This document shows positions 29,740 to 39,720 of a stretch of 64,000 bases of DNA, one piece after another (positions within the stretch are counted from its first letter, which is position 1; the number at the start of each line of letters is the position of its first letter). The notes beneath the pieces are model-generated. The model was not told where the DNA came from. It made no database searches and saw only the letters and a list, made by a program, of their open reading frames with translations. Source of the DNA: an uncultured virus (IMG/VR IMGVR_UViG_3300022917_000009) (lineage: Duplodnaviria; Heunggongvirae; Uroviricota; Caudoviricetes); the IMG/VR virus record IMGVR_UViG_3300022917_000009; one strand, given 5' to 3'. A program made the position numbers and the translations under genes.

Positions 29740-31146
29740 CTATCTCTGGTCCACCATGGAGCTTACGTTCGAAGCGTTCACCATGGCTTTGAGGGCGTGA
29801 GAGCTTCCCCTCAATTCCCGCGGAACCTGTGTCGGCGTGGATGGCTGCGAAGGCAGGTCCTTGCCGGGGGCGGTTCCGAGAGCAGACAGTGGCACATTAG
29901 GGCCAAGGGAGGGCGGGACTGCGGGCGCTGGCGGCGGAGCGGGCGAAACCGGGGGTGCAGCCGGGAGAGTTTGTCCTTGTGGTGCCGCGGGAGCCACAAC
30001 ACTCGGCGCGGCGGACATGTTCTGGCCGGAATAAGCCGCAAGGGCTCTGGCCTTTTCAATGGAATACTGCTTTGCAAGTTCGAAAATCTTGGTCTGGCGC
30101 GCAGCATCGTTCGGAAGGGAGTTCATGTACGCGAGTTGCTGCGGGTTACCGACGATCCGCTGCGTCACTTCCGTTGCGCATTGGAGAAAGTGATCCACGG
30201 CGATGGGGTTCACGATTGCCGCGCCGTCTTCGCGCTTGGTCACGCCACCCGGAATGTTCTGCGCGATGAACTGCGTCGCGCTCTGCCGAATAGTCTGTTG
30301 TGCCTGCTGGATGTTGCGCGCCTGCGTATCCTTCTGCTGCTGGGCGCGCCACTCCTCACGCTCCCGCATGATGTTCTCGTGCTCGACGCGCTGCTGCAAC
30401 TGGCTCAATTCGAGGTCGGCCATGCGTTCGAGTTGCCACTTCGCCGCGGGAGTGAGCGGGGGCACAACGCGCTTCACGTCGCCGGTGGCCTCATCCCAGA
30501 TGGGCTGTCCGTCATCGTTTAGAACGACTTGCATGTTGAGCTTGTTGAACTCGCCCGTGAGCCTGTCCACGATGGCGTTCTTCACGTCAGCGAGAGTCGG
30601 CTGCGGTTCTGCGGGAGCCGCGGGCTGAGCCGGAGGCTGCTGCTGGGCGACAGGCTGCTGAAACTGCGGCTGTACCGGAGCGGGCTGTACTGTGCCCTTC
30701 GCAATGTCCATCAGCCGGTAGGCCTCGGCCTTGTTGCCGGACGCCCACGCTGTCTGAATCATGCTGTCGATATCGAAAACGGGCGCCATCGGCAACGCCG
30801 TCGGAAGCACGGGAACCTCTGCGGCGGGCACAGGAACGACCGGCACCACAGCGGCATCAACCGGCGTTGTCGTTGTCGTGCCGTTCGCGCCATTCAGCAG
30901 GTTCTTTTCCTGCGCCAACTTGAACAGCGTGGTCCGCCCGCTCGCGAGGCCGTCGAGGTCGGCACGGGAAAACTTGTACGGATCGTCTGGCGCTCCCGTC
31001 GTGTTTGGGGCAATCGGCGCCGGAGGCGTTGGCACCGGCGGCGACGTGGGAATCCCGCTCGGAGGCGGGGGCGCTACGGGAACGACGGGGCTCCCCATCG
31101 GTGACGGGAAAGCGCCTTCAGTAGCGTACAGCATACGAACCTTCAT
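29740..31146 (-). CDS. capsid scaffolding protein
   Basis: Pro/Ala-rich ends with central coiled coil, between portal and capsid; AAGGAG RBS. Confidence 0.6.
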   Translation of the reverse strand: MKVRMLYATEGAFPSPMGSPVVPVAPPPPSGIPTSPPVPTPPAPIAPNTTGAPDDPYKFSRADLDGLASGRTTLFKLAQEKNLLNGANGTTTTTPVDAAVVPVVPVPAAEVPVLPTALPMAPVFDIDSMIQTAWASGNKAEAYRLMDIAKGTVQPAPVQPQFQQPVAQQQPPAQPAAPAEPQPTLADVKNAIVDRLTGEFNKLNMQVVLNDDGQPIWDEATGDVKRVVPPLTPAAKWQLERMADLELSQLQQRVEHENIMREREEWRAQQQKDTQARNIQQAQQTIRQSATQFIAQNIPGGVTKREDGAAIVNPIAVDHFLQCATEVTQRIVGNPQQLAYMNSLPNDAARQTKIFELAKQYSIEKARALAAYSGQNMSAAPSVVAPAAPQGQTLPAAPPVSPAPPPAPAVPPSLGPNVPLSALGTAPGKDLPSQPSTPTQVPRELRGSSHALKAMVNASNVSSMVDQR

Positions 31147-31155
31147 GTGGTCTCC

Positions 31156-33405
31156 TTACCCGGCTTGTCGCCGAGCTTCTCCTGATTTGACCCCGCCTTG
31201 AGCGGGAGTAAGTGCCGCCTTTTTCTTGTCCCTACCACTGCCGCCCTCGTCCCCGTCGTCGTCGTTGAGGCTCTCGATTCGGGCGTTCTCGCGGTCCGCG
31301 ATTGCCGCCTGCTGTGTAACCATCGCCGGACCCATGCTCTGCGCGACACTGTTCTCGGCGACTGCCGAATTCTGCATCTGCTTGTCCGACTGCATCTGCT
31401 TGTCCATCGCCTGATAATGCTGGGGGATGTGCTTGAGCATTGCCCATCGAACATCGGGAGGAGTTGTCGGGTCTTGAATGACAATCATGTGCTGCTCAAC
31501 GTGGATGGAATGCATCTGCCAATCATCAAAGAGCGGCATGCCAGTGCGCCCGTCAACCACTTCCTCGACAGGAATCATGTTTCCCATGGCGTCAGGCTGC
31601 TCAACCGTCGGGAACTTCAAGCACTCCTTGTCGTAAGAGTAACGCTTGAAGAGCAGGTTTTCCATGAGTGCGCCCTGCTCGGCTAGCCGCTCCGTTTCGG
31701 GAACCGTCGAGACAGTAGAACCGCCGTTCTTGTAAAGTTCAAACTTCTTTCGGGCTTCGTCCATGCCGGGACCGACAGCGAAGAAGCCAGTGGCGAAGAG
31801 TCGTTGTGCGTCCTCTGCGATTTCGCGCGGAGTTTCGAGACGCGGCGGCCCGGCCTTCGCCTCCACAATAAGGTCGCCGCGAATATCCGTATCGCGGAAC
31901 TCAATCGCGCCAACCATCTGGTCAGGCCCAATCTGCGACATAATCGTCGGAAGATCGAAGATCGCCGAGTGCTTCGCGAAGAAGAGTTCCTTGCGCCAGA
32001 CTTCACAGTATGACTCCTGAATGCGGACGTACAATTCTTCGAGGGTCGTGGAATCGCGCTTGAGCGCCAAGGCCACGCTCTCGGTGGAAACACGGTCGGG
32101 GATGTTGCCGCGGGAGACCTCGCTAATACCCGCGAGTTCCATCATGGAGCGGAGCATCCGGTCCTCTTCGGCCATGAGGTACTGGAAGACGTTGGAAGAG
32201 GCTTGGAGATACTGGACGTTCCCGCTGCCCGAATACTCCACGAAGTAGTCGCCGAGGCTGTCGTCCACGCCCGCGATGTCTGAGCCGCGAGGGAAGAGCC
32301 ACACGTTCTTCAACTGGCGCTCGAAGGAGTTCACGCGGAGGGTGCGAATCTTGTCGATGGCGCGGTTCGGCTCGACGAGGTCCACCTGATGCGACATGCC
32401 CCATAGGAGAGACGGCTGCTCCCAGCACTTGAAATGCACGTACGGATGAATGACAAATCCACCCTCGTAGCCGAGGTACAGGTCGCAGGCGTCGTTGCAG
32501 CAGTAGAGCACGTACCACATGCCGCTACCGTCCTTGTACCAGAACTCAATCAGCTTGCCGAGTTCGGCGTCCTGATCGAACCGGTAGCCTTCCTGCGAGT
32601 TCGTGATGGACTGCCAGACGCCGCCCTGAAGGTAGGAGGTGGGATAGTATGATCCCTGGCCGGGACGCCGAATATCGCGGATGGTCGTGCGACGAACCTT
32701 CTCCGGGTCGGCCCCGTACTTCTCGGCAATGGCGCGAATCTCGGAGATAGGCTTGTAGGACGTGACGCAAAACATGATCGCGTCGTTGAAATTGTTCACG
32801 CCGGGCTGCACCGACACGCACGACGGGTGAACTTCGCGCTGCACGATCCGGCCCGTCTTGATGATCGCCGCCTTCCGGTTCATGTCGTAATCACTGACCA
32901 TGAGCGGCTGCTGACCGGTTCGCTTCACGTAATAGTCGAGTTCGATGGGGTCCAGAACAACAGTGTTAAGGCCGTTCGGGTCCACTTCCACGCGCATGAA
33001 ATTGTTGCCGCGGATCATCAGGTTATTGCAGAACCGCTTCACCCCAGCCTGCCCGCCGTTCTGCCGATAAATGTCGCCGAGGATCGTGGTGCCCGCCTTC
33101 GCCGAACGCTGTGCCGCAGAGCCGCCGATGGTGGGGAAAGCCTCCGGGGTGAACTTCTGCTGCGTCATCGTCGCGACGGCAAGGTTCACGCACAACCGCG
33201 TGTAGTTCGGCATATACCCCTCAATCAACTGAGGGTCGCGCTCGACAGAACCGCGGATTGGGTTAAAGACGATCCAGTGCCGCCCGATATTGAATCCCTC
33301 GTGCATTTCCGTCTGAAGGATACGCACCTCTGCATCGCGCTCCCATGCGGAGACGCAACGTGCAATGAAAGGCGCAATTTCCCGTGGATCGGAGGGGAAC
33401 ATCAT
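31156..33405 (-). CDS. portal protein
   Basis: 749 aa after terminase; LWGMSHQVDLVEPNRAIDK, ELAGISEVSRG motifs of podoviral portals; Q-rich tail. Confidence 0.8.
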   Translation of the reverse strand: MMFPSDPREIAPFIARCVSAWERDAEVRILQTEMHEGFNIGRHWIVFNPIRGSVERDPQLIEGYMPNYTRLCVNLAVATMTQQKFTPEAFPTIGGSAAQRSAKAGTTILGDIYRQNGGQAGVKRFCNNLMIRGNNFMRVEVDPNGLNTVVLDPIELDYYVKRTGQQPLMVSDYDMNRKAAIIKTGRIVQREVHPSCVSVQPGVNNFNDAIMFCVTSYKPISEIRAIAEKYGADPEKVRRTTIRDIRRPGQGSYYPTSYLQGGVWQSITNSQEGYRFDQDAELGKLIEFWYKDGSGMWYVLYCCNDACDLYLGYEGGFVIHPYVHFKCWEQPSLLWGMSHQVDLVEPNRAIDKIRTLRVNSFERQLKNVWLFPRGSDIAGVDDSLGDYFVEYSGSGNVQYLQASSNVFQYLMAEEDRMLRSMMELAGISEVSRGNIPDRVSTESVALALKRDSTTLEELYVRIQESYCEVWRKELFFAKHSAIFDLPTIMSQIGPDQMVGAIEFRDTDIRGDLIVEAKAGPPRLETPREIAEDAQRLFATGFFAVGPGMDEARKKFELYKNGGSTVSTVPETERLAEQGALMENLLFKRYSYDKECLKFPTVEQPDAMGNMIPVEEVVDGRTGMPLFDDWQMHSIHVEQHMIVIQDPTTPPDVRWAMLKHIPQHYQAMDKQMQSDKQMQNSAVAENSVAQSMGPAMVTQQAAIADRENARIESLNDDDGDEGGSGRDKKKAALTPAQGGVKSGEARRQAG

Positions 33406-33854
33406 CGGCGGGCAAACTCCCCGAGGGCATTGGGATCAAGAGGCGGGTTCTTCAACTGGTAAAGGACGTTGTTGTCATCGGATGTGGCGTTCTGAACCTT
33501 CGGCGTCGGGGGGCGAATCCCCATCGTGGTTCCCGTCAAAGTCCCGTTCTCGCGATACGCCGAGGAGGCGCGGTCGCCGACGGAAGAGCGCGCCGCGATG
33601 GAAACCTCTCGCACCGTTTCGCAGAGCCGCATGTTCAACTGATGGGCATTGGCGACAACCTCACGGTACTCGTCGGGGACGGAATAAGCCACGGGCGCCT
33701 TCGCATCGGGGTACACCAATTGCGTCAATTCCTTCGCTTCCGAAATCTTGCCAGCGCGAAACAGGTTCGCAATCGCCTCGTTCGGCGGAACAACGGCGCC
33801 CGCATCGGGAACCTGCAATCCCAGCAGGTGCGCAACGAAAGTCCTGAAGCTCAT
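33402..33854 (-). CDS. hypothetical protein
   Basis: ATGA overlaps at both ends. Confidence 0.55.
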   Translation of the reverse strand: MSFRTFVAHLLGLQVPDAGAVVPPNEAIANLFRAGKISEAKELTQLVYPDAKAPVAYSVPDEYREVVANAHQLNMRLCETVREVSIAARSSVGDRASSAYRENGTLTGTTMGIRPPTPKVQNATSDDNNVLYQLKNPPLDPNALGEFARR

Positions 33855-36130
33855 ATGATCCGTCCTCTCATGTCCTTGCGGTTCTTCCAGATACGAGACG
33901 ACCCGATGATTTGGACGGGAGCACTGGTTTCGCGTCCCCAAGTGCCCTTGTTGATGCTGTCCACGTCAGCCATCATCGCCTCGTTGATCGACTGAATCAA
34001 CTTCTTCTCAACGCGAATTACTTCAGGCTCCTCCGGGTCGTTGTCAACCATGAGAAGTCTGCCGCCGTATTCCTGAATCATCTTCTCTTGGATGTAGCAG
34101 GATATGTACAGGGTCGTTACGGCGTCGTCACAAGAGCGTTCCCCGCCCCGACCTTTGCGCTCCGCGTGATACTTCGCAACGGAATCCCCACCGGACTTCG
34201 TTTCCACAAACCACCCAATTTGGTCGGCAAGGCCGCGAGAGCGAACGAACCGCTTGCGCAGAACTTCTTCGTCGTCGAGGTGGACATCGTTCAACTCCTT
34301 CATGCCGTTGCGCGTGTAGGTGATCGCGTGCATGACGGCGCCAACCTTGCGACCTTGCGGGGTCCACCCGAGAATGTCGCCGCGGCGAACCCGGTCCTTC
34401 TTGTCGCCGCCGAGAACGTCCTCCCGGTACAGCTTGTCGTACGGGTAGTCTTTCTCTTCAAGAAGGTAGCGCATGATGAGCGGCTGGGGGAGATTCTCCT
34501 GCGCCACGTACGGGAACCGGCGCTCGGCGATGGCGCCCTTATAGACCTCGCCACTGGCAGGCTTTTGTAGGGACGCGATGAGCTTGGTTATCGCCCAAAT
34601 GCGGGAGTGCTGAGCGTCGCCGGAATCGTGACTCCACCATTCGAGAACCTGCTCGCCGGTGTTCCACTCCCATGAGGAGCACCACGTCTTGTCGCTGAAT
34701 TCCTCTCCGCGGCGGACATCGCGCGAGCCGACGTGGGGGTCGATGCACAAGTCCACGATGCCCTTGCAGGTATGCGGCCACTTCCAGATTCGCAGGCATC
34801 CGCTTGGGTTGGGAGTGAGGACGTAGCCGAGGCCGTCTCGGTTGTCGATGTCGCCGACGAAGACGGGCTCCTTCTCGTTGGCCGTGGACGAAATCCACTT
34901 CACGAGTTTCTGCCCGAAGGCCAATCCCTCGCCGCTGGCATCCATGGCCTGAAACGGATTGATGGGATACTGGCGATAGAACGAATCCTTGTTCGGGAGC
35001 GCCTCAAACGGGTTCCCCGGGATCACGAACTTCATGTATTCGTTCTTCAGGTAGCACCGACGGAAGAGCAGGGTCTCCGCTGAAATGTGCCGGGCGCGCG
35101 CATGCGCCTTGTCCACCGGCGACCCGTTCTCGGCGAGGCGCTGAAAGTAAAACTTCAGGCACAGGTCGTAGATGATCTTCTCTTCGTCGTCGAAGTCGGC
35201 GATGAGGTCGGCAGGATCAAGTCCCTCGTTGAAGGGCATCCGGTTCATTTCGTTCGTGTAGAACGGAAAGAAGATCGCTTCCTTGGACGCGGCCCCCGCC
35301 TTGTACCCCGGTTCATTCCAGTTACAGCAACCCTGCGCCTTCCAATCGCGCTCGAATTGCTCGGCAAAGTAGTTGTTCCGACCGAAGAACGTGGACTCCT
35401 CGACGTTGAGGGCGTTCGGGCCGCGGGCGATTGTGGGGGAGGCGGATTCGTTGAAGAGTTGGTGCGCGTTGTCCGGCTCGTAGGACGGGCACTCGGTCTT
35501 GAGAATCTTGGTGATGAAGTCGCCACGGACGCCGTCGAGGGATTTCAGCGAGCATGGAATGGAGGAGACGTATGACTCCTTGATGAGCGTCTCCCCCACC
35601 TGCCCGTCGAACCCGTACATGTCCACTTGGTTCGTGCGGCGAAACACGTTCACCGAGAAGATGTTGTTGTCGTGGGCGATGCGCACAGACTTGAAGAGCT
35701 TCTGCGCCATCTTCTCGTTTTGAGCGACGAGAATGTTGTTCTGGTAGCCAGAGGTGATCGCCGAGACGTAGAGGTAAATGAGGAAGAACGTGGTCGAGCG
35801 GCGCCGACGATCCTTGCCGATGATGGCATTGAATCGCTGGCCCTTCACTCGATACCGCTCGATTGACTGGTTGAGAAATCGCTGGGAGTTTGTCAGCGTG
35901 AGGGGAACAAGGAGGCTCTCGCCATCCTGCTCTTGAACCATCCGCTGCTCGCCGCCGGAGAGGGTGGACGCCTCGGAGACGACCCGTAGGAATCCGTTGT
36001 CCATCATCAACGCCGGGTTCGCCGCGCACTGCTTGTAGAACCCGAGGAGCTTGGCTTGGTTGTCCTGAAATACTTCGATCTTCTTGCCCGCTTCAGGGCC
36101 TTCGGCGGCGCTGCCCTTTTTTCTCCCCAT
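33851..36130 (-). CDS. terL: terminase large subunit
   Basis: LTLTNSQ, IIGKDRRRRSTT (Walker A position), KTECPSY, EESTFFG, FFPFY, CIDP..SD..EN..DDAV nuclease residues. Confidence 0.8.
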   Translation of the reverse strand: MGRKKGSAAEGPEAGKKIEVFQDNQAKLLGFYKQCAANPALMMDNGFLRVVSEASTLSGGEQRMVQEQDGESLLVPLTLTNSQRFLNQSIERYRVKGQRFNAIIGKDRRRRSTTFFLIYLYVSAITSGYQNNILVAQNEKMAQKLFKSVRIAHDNNIFSVNVFRRTNQVDMYGFDGQVGETLIKESYVSSIPCSLKSLDGVRGDFITKILKTECPSYEPDNAHQLFNESASPTIARGPNALNVEESTFFGRNNYFAEQFERDWKAQGCCNWNEPGYKAGAASKEAIFFPFYTNEMNRMPFNEGLDPADLIADFDDEEKIIYDLCLKFYFQRLAENGSPVDKAHARARHISAETLLFRRCYLKNEYMKFVIPGNPFEALPNKDSFYRQYPINPFQAMDASGEGLAFGQKLVKWISSTANEKEPVFVGDIDNRDGLGYVLTPNPSGCLRIWKWPHTCKGIVDLCIDPHVGSRDVRRGEEFSDKTWCSSWEWNTGEQVLEWWSHDSGDAQHSRIWAITKLIASLQKPASGEVYKGAIAERRFPYVAQENLPQPLIMRYLLEEKDYPYDKLYREDVLGGDKKDRVRRGDILGWTPQGRKVGAVMHAITYTRNGMKELNDVHLDDEEVLRKRFVRSRGLADQIGWFVETKSGGDSVAKYHAERKGRGGERSCDDAVTTLYISCYIQEKMIQEYGGRLLMVDNDPEEPEVIRVEKKLIQSINEAMMADVDSINKGTWGRETSAPVQIIGSSRIWKNRKDMRGRII

Positions 36131-36755
36131 TGTCCTCGTCGTCTTTCCATCCGACCGGCGACTCGTCCCGTATGGGGACACTGTCAATGGCCTCGATGGA
36201 TCGCATCAGAGAATTTTGAGGGAGTGCTGTCAAGGCTTCCATCGTTTTCTGCGGGAGTTCCTTCCCCGTAGCGCGACGACTGGAGACCGTGATGTGGACG
36301 GTATCCGTGTTAGCCTTCTCGCGCTCGCGGAGGATCATTTTTATGGAGCCCATGTCGCCACGCTGGGCGCGGGCGTGGACGTGGTTCATCAGCCGGGCGA
36401 TCATCTCGTCCTCGGCCATCATGCACTTCATGTTGAACCGGGCGTCGCGCTCTCGCTGGGCGGTGAAGGCGATGAAGTCCACGGCGCAATCGTCGCAGAT
36501 GAACGGCCACGTCACGGGCGGATCGTCGGGATTCGCGTCCTTGCCGTTTCCATTCCCGTGATGCTTGGCAGAGCCGCCAATCTTAGTCTGCGCCAGCGAC
36601 CGAACCGCATCCTGATACCGCGTCACCAGTTCGGACTTCTGAATCGCCGTGAGGGGCTCTATCTCTTGCAGAATTTCTTGCCTTATCTGCGCGAGGGCTT
36701 CGGGACTTCTTTCGTCTTCTGGAAACTCCGGTCGAGCGATTAGTTCGGTAGGCAT
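36093..36755 (-). CDS. putative terminase small subunit
   Basis: immediately upstream of and overlapping terL; AQRGDMGSIKMIL helix motif; strong RBS. Confidence 0.55.
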   Translation of the reverse strand: MPTELIARPEFPEDERSPEALAQIRQEILQEIEPLTAIQKSELVTRYQDAVRSLAQTKIGGSAKHHGNGNGKDANPDDPPVTWPFICDDCAVDFIAFTAQRERDARFNMKCMMAEDEMIARLMNHVHARAQRGDMGSIKMILREREKANTDTVHITVSSRRATGKELPQKTMEALTALPQNSLMRSIEAIDSVPIRDESPVGWKDDEDNGEKKGQRRRRP

Positions 36756-37617
36756 CCTCTGTGTTCGACTCCTCTCTGTTTTCCTGTCCCGGCATCGCAC
36801 GCGTCAGCAGGGCGCGGCCCTCGAATTCGTCTACTCTGTCCAATGGGTTCGCGCTGTCAACACGCCCGAACCGATCCATCTCCCGGCGCTGGAAGGCGAG
36901 GACGGCTATTCGCAGAGGGGTTGACTCCCAATGGCTCCCGTCCCGGCGCCGATAGTCGCGCGCGTTCACCTCGCGGCAAATCTGCGGCCACGTCATGTTG
37001 TAGGGCGGGCTCATCAGCGTAACGCCGAGGAGCATGATCCTGCGCTCCTTGGGGTTGTACTCCAGTTCCACCATGGGGGTCTTGGTGCGACTCACGACGG
37101 TAGACTGGGCGCCGATGACGTACCCGTAAGGAGGCACGCGATTCGCCGGGAACAGCCCTTGGATGCGCCGAGTGCGGAGCCCGGCCCGCGTGCTGTGGGA
37201 AATCTGGCGGCGTGTCATCTCGCAGCCGAGACCCATGATCGCAGTGAGAACGCCGCGCCCATGAACCGTCGAGGTGTCGATGCCCTCTTGCACGAATTCG
37301 ATGTCCGCCTTCCCGGCGAGTTCGTCGTCGAGGAGAGAAAGCAGGTCTTTCGTGTCGCGGGAAATTCGATCCATGCGGGAAACAACCAGAACGCCGTGAA
37401 CACGAACCGCATGGTCCACGGCGGCACCGGCGCCCTCCCGGTCCATGATGGGCACGCCGCCACTGGTGTTGGTGTCGCGATAGACTGCGGCGACGGTGTA
37501 CCCGCGTGCCCGGCAGTAGTCCCGGCATTCGCGCTCTTGCGTCTCGTGAGAGAGGCCCGGGCGCCCGGCTTCTTCGCGGGAGAGGCGGGTGGAAATGACG
37601 GCGATCTTGTTGCTCAT
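36583..37617 (-). CDS. serine recombinase (resolvase domain plus short recombinase domain)
   Basis: ISTRLS catalytic motif, S..TQ...C, D..TSG..DREG, VSRMDRISR, PPYGY. Confidence 0.85.
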   Translation of the reverse strand: MSNKIAVISTRLSREEAGRPGLSHETQERECRDYCRARGYTVAAVYRDTNTSGGVPIMDREGAGAAVDHAVRVHGVLVVSRMDRISRDTKDLLSLLDDELAGKADIEFVQEGIDTSTVHGRGVLTAIMGLGCEMTRRQISHSTRAGLRTRRIQGLFPANRVPPYGYVIGAQSTVVSRTKTPMVELEYNPKERRIMLLGVTLMSPPYNMTWPQICREVNARDYRRRDGSHWESTPLRIAVLAFQRREMDRFGRVDSANPLDRVDEFEGRALLTRAMPGQENREESNTEDAYRTNRSTGVSRRRKKSRSPRADKARNSARDRAPHGDSEVRTGDAVSGCGSVAGAD

Positions 37618-38159
37618 TGCGGGTGCTCCGGGTCCGGCACGTCCTTGGGCGCCAGCATGTCCGGCGAGGCCATGTCGGTTAGGGCGGCGAGGTCGGCGGC
37701 TTCCCGCTTGGCGACTTCAACCACCGCAAGCCACTTGGAAATTTCCACGACGCCGAGCGCCAGCGCGTGCGGGATGCTGTCGGCCACTGGAAACGGATTA
37801 TTTTCGGCGAGGCAGTACGGGAACATGATGCAGAACCACCCTTCATCGTCGGCGGAAGGCGGCTCAAAGTCGGCGGAAAAGCGGTCGATACTTACCGACC
37901 ATCGACTCTTAGAAATCCACGCCAGCATGGCCCCGACTGCGAAATCATTGGTGGACCAGCGCTGGGACGGGAAAGGCCCAAGCATCTTGCCCGTGTATAT
38001 CCGCTCAGGCCGCGGGTCACTCAGAAGTCCGAGACCAGTCATTCCTACATCGAGCGTGGCGCACGAACGAGCCGGATTGGGATACGACTCAGCTTCGAAC
38101 ACAGGCTTTATGCCCATGGCCGCATCGACAGCGAGGTCCAGTTCAAGAAGATCGCTCAC
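37614..38159 (-). CDS. phage ABA-sandwich-like protein
   Basis: ELDLAVDAAMG...RWSTND...IPHALALGVV pattern. Confidence 0.45.
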   Translation of the reverse strand: MSDLLELDLAVDAAMGIKPVFEAESYPNPARSCATLDVGMTGLGLLSDPRPERIYTGKMLGPFPSQRWSTNDFAVGAMLAWISKSRWSVSIDRFSADFEPPSADDEGWFCIMFPYCLAENNPFPVADSIPHALALGVVEISKWLAVVEVAKREAADLAALTDMASPDMLAPKDVPDPEHPQ

Positions 38160-38368
38160 CGCTCCCCTCCATCGCCCGCATCGTCCTCGGCCTGCATGTC
38201 GCGGAAAGAGTGGTCGCAGTCGTAGTAGGGGGCGGCGTGGGTTGTTGGAGTGATGGGCACTGGCGCCGCCGAGGAGCAGCCAGTTATCCACAAGCACAGG
38301 GCGATGCAGACGCCCATGAAGAGAATGGAAACTGCCCAATCAAGAACTTCAATCTGCTTTTCCGTCAC
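38156..38368 (-). CDS. small membrane/lipoprotein
   Basis: hydrophobic helix ending ITGC; GTGA overlap. Confidence 0.45.
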   Translation of the reverse strand: MTEKQIEVLDWAVSILFMGVCIALCLWITGCSSAAPVPITPTTHAAPYYDCDHSFRDMQAEDDAGDGGER

Positions 38369-38676
38369 GGCTTGGACTCCTCTCTCTTGAACACCACGAT
38401 CCACGAAACGGTGACGCCGAAGTAACCCTGCCGGGGGATGATCCTATCAACGGGCCGCATGTCCACCTCGCCGACTTGCCCGTCCTCGCGCTGCGCCTGC
38501 CGCCACTGGGGGAGAAATTCGATGTCCCGCAACTCGACGAGGTTCGTCTCGATCTTCTGGGGCAACGAGCCGCGAAAGTGCCAGTTCGCCCACAGGCCGA
38601 AGATGAAGAACAGAATCAGCATCAGCAGCAGGAGGAGGGCGGCGATGAAGGTGGGGCGCCACGGGGAGCGGGTCAT
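38365..38676 (-). CDS. membrane protein
   Basis: strong N-terminal TM helix. Confidence 0.55.
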   Translation of the reverse strand: MTRSPWRPTFIAALLLLLMLILFFIFGLWANWHFRGSLPQKIETNLVELRDIEFLPQWRQAQREDGQVGEVDMRPVDRIIPRQGYFGVTVSWIVVFKREESKP

Positions 38677-38944
38677 GGCTTCACTAGCCCCTCGAATATT
38701 GCCAAAGCCTCTTCCGACGTTTGGTATCCAGATGACAGTGCTCGCCGTAGCCGATCATCGCCCCCATCCATCGGAACGATCATCGCCCCCATCCATCGGA
38801 ACGATCATCGCCCCCATCCATCGGAACGATCATCACCCTCCATGGATCACCGGGCCACTCTTTGGACATTGCAAAGGCACTGACACGCAAATCTCCAACC
38901 GACTCAAACCTGTCCATCGGACCTATTTCGCACGCGTCGCTCAT
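38673..38944 (-). pseudogene. small gene frameshifted by a 25-bp tandem triplication
   Basis: ATGA-coupled at both ends; open only with a single repeat copy. Confidence 0.6.
38753..38834. repeat. 3.3 x 25-bp perfect tandem repeat GATCATCGCCCCCATCCATCGGAAC
   Basis: copies start at 38753, 38778, 38803, partial at 38828. Confidence 0.95.
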
Positions 38945-39177
38945 TCCAGTTCTCCCGCGTCGAGCTTGGAGAGGATGAAGTCGGAGTAAGTCTTCTGACC
39001 GCGCAGCGACGTTTCATTATGTGCCGACTTGGACACGTCGAGAACCTGCTGCATTGCGCCGACGCCGAGGGAAGCGCCAAACTCTTGCTGCACTCTCAGG
39101 ATGGCAATGCCCATATCCAGAGACCTTCGAACAGCCAATCTCACCTCTTCCCGCGTGTACTGCCTCTCGTCGCTCAC
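38941..39177 (-). CDS. hypothetical protein
   Basis: AGGAGG RBS, GTG start. Confidence 0.55.
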   Translation of the reverse strand: MSDERQYTREEVRLAVRRSLDMGIAILRVQQEFGASLGVGAMQQVLDVSKSAHNETSLRGQKTYSDFILSKLDAGELE

Positions 39178-39188
39178 TGCGCGCCCTC

Positions 39189-39413
39189 CTATGCCCCGTG
39201 GCCGAGATTGATCTTGATGGTGCCGTCGCCGAAGAGGTGAACGGTCACTAAATCGCCGATGTGAGAGACCACGGCCCTGAAGTCCTCACAGCAGGATTTG
39301 TCGTAACAGGAAACCTTTTCGTCCTTCTCGCCGTGAATCACATGCACGAGGCCGTCGCGGCGAGGGCCAATCTCCTTGATGCGTCCGTGGTACTTGCCGA
39401 CTGGGTATTGCAT
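39189..39413 (-). CDS. hypothetical protein
   Basis: TGATG coupling. Confidence 0.5.
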   Translation of the reverse strand: MQYPVGKYHGRIKEIGPRRDGLVHVIHGEKDEKVSCYDKSCCEDFRAVVSHIGDLVTVHLFGDGTIKINLGHGA

Positions 39414-39652
39414 CAGGCATGGGCTCCGATCAAAACGAGCATGCCGTTGGGGAGGACGTGTTCGGAGGTTTCAGAAATCCCGAATCGCCCACCACTTTCC
39501 GCCCACGGGATGCACAACGTCAAGTATCGCGCGGGCACCAGCGCCAGCCAATCCTCATCCCCGCCATGCTCCGACAACTTCCTGTACTCTTCGGGCGCGT
39601 CCTCGAACGGCCAGACTTTGATGGGCTCCGGGGGCTTTGAGTCTTCTCGCAC
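39413..39652 (-). CDS. hypothetical protein
   Basis: AGGAG RBS, GTG start. Confidence 0.5.
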   Translation of the reverse strand: MREDSKPPEPIKVWPFEDAPEEYRKLSEHGGDEDWLALVPARYLTLCIPWAESGGRFGISETSEHVLPNGMLVLIGAHA

Positions 39653-39720
39653 TCTCTCTTCTCCTTTGTCAGTTTCCCCGCCCGCGCCGGAGTCGGCGGC
39701 GCGGGACAGGGAAGGCTGGA

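Noticed and set aside
36583..37617. IS607-type insertion sequence
   Set aside because: No N-terminal MerR HTH and no tnpB; gene is coupled to phage neighbours
38753..38834. 25-bp repeats as a CRISPR array
   Set aside because: Copies are directly adjacent with no spacers and no cas genes are present
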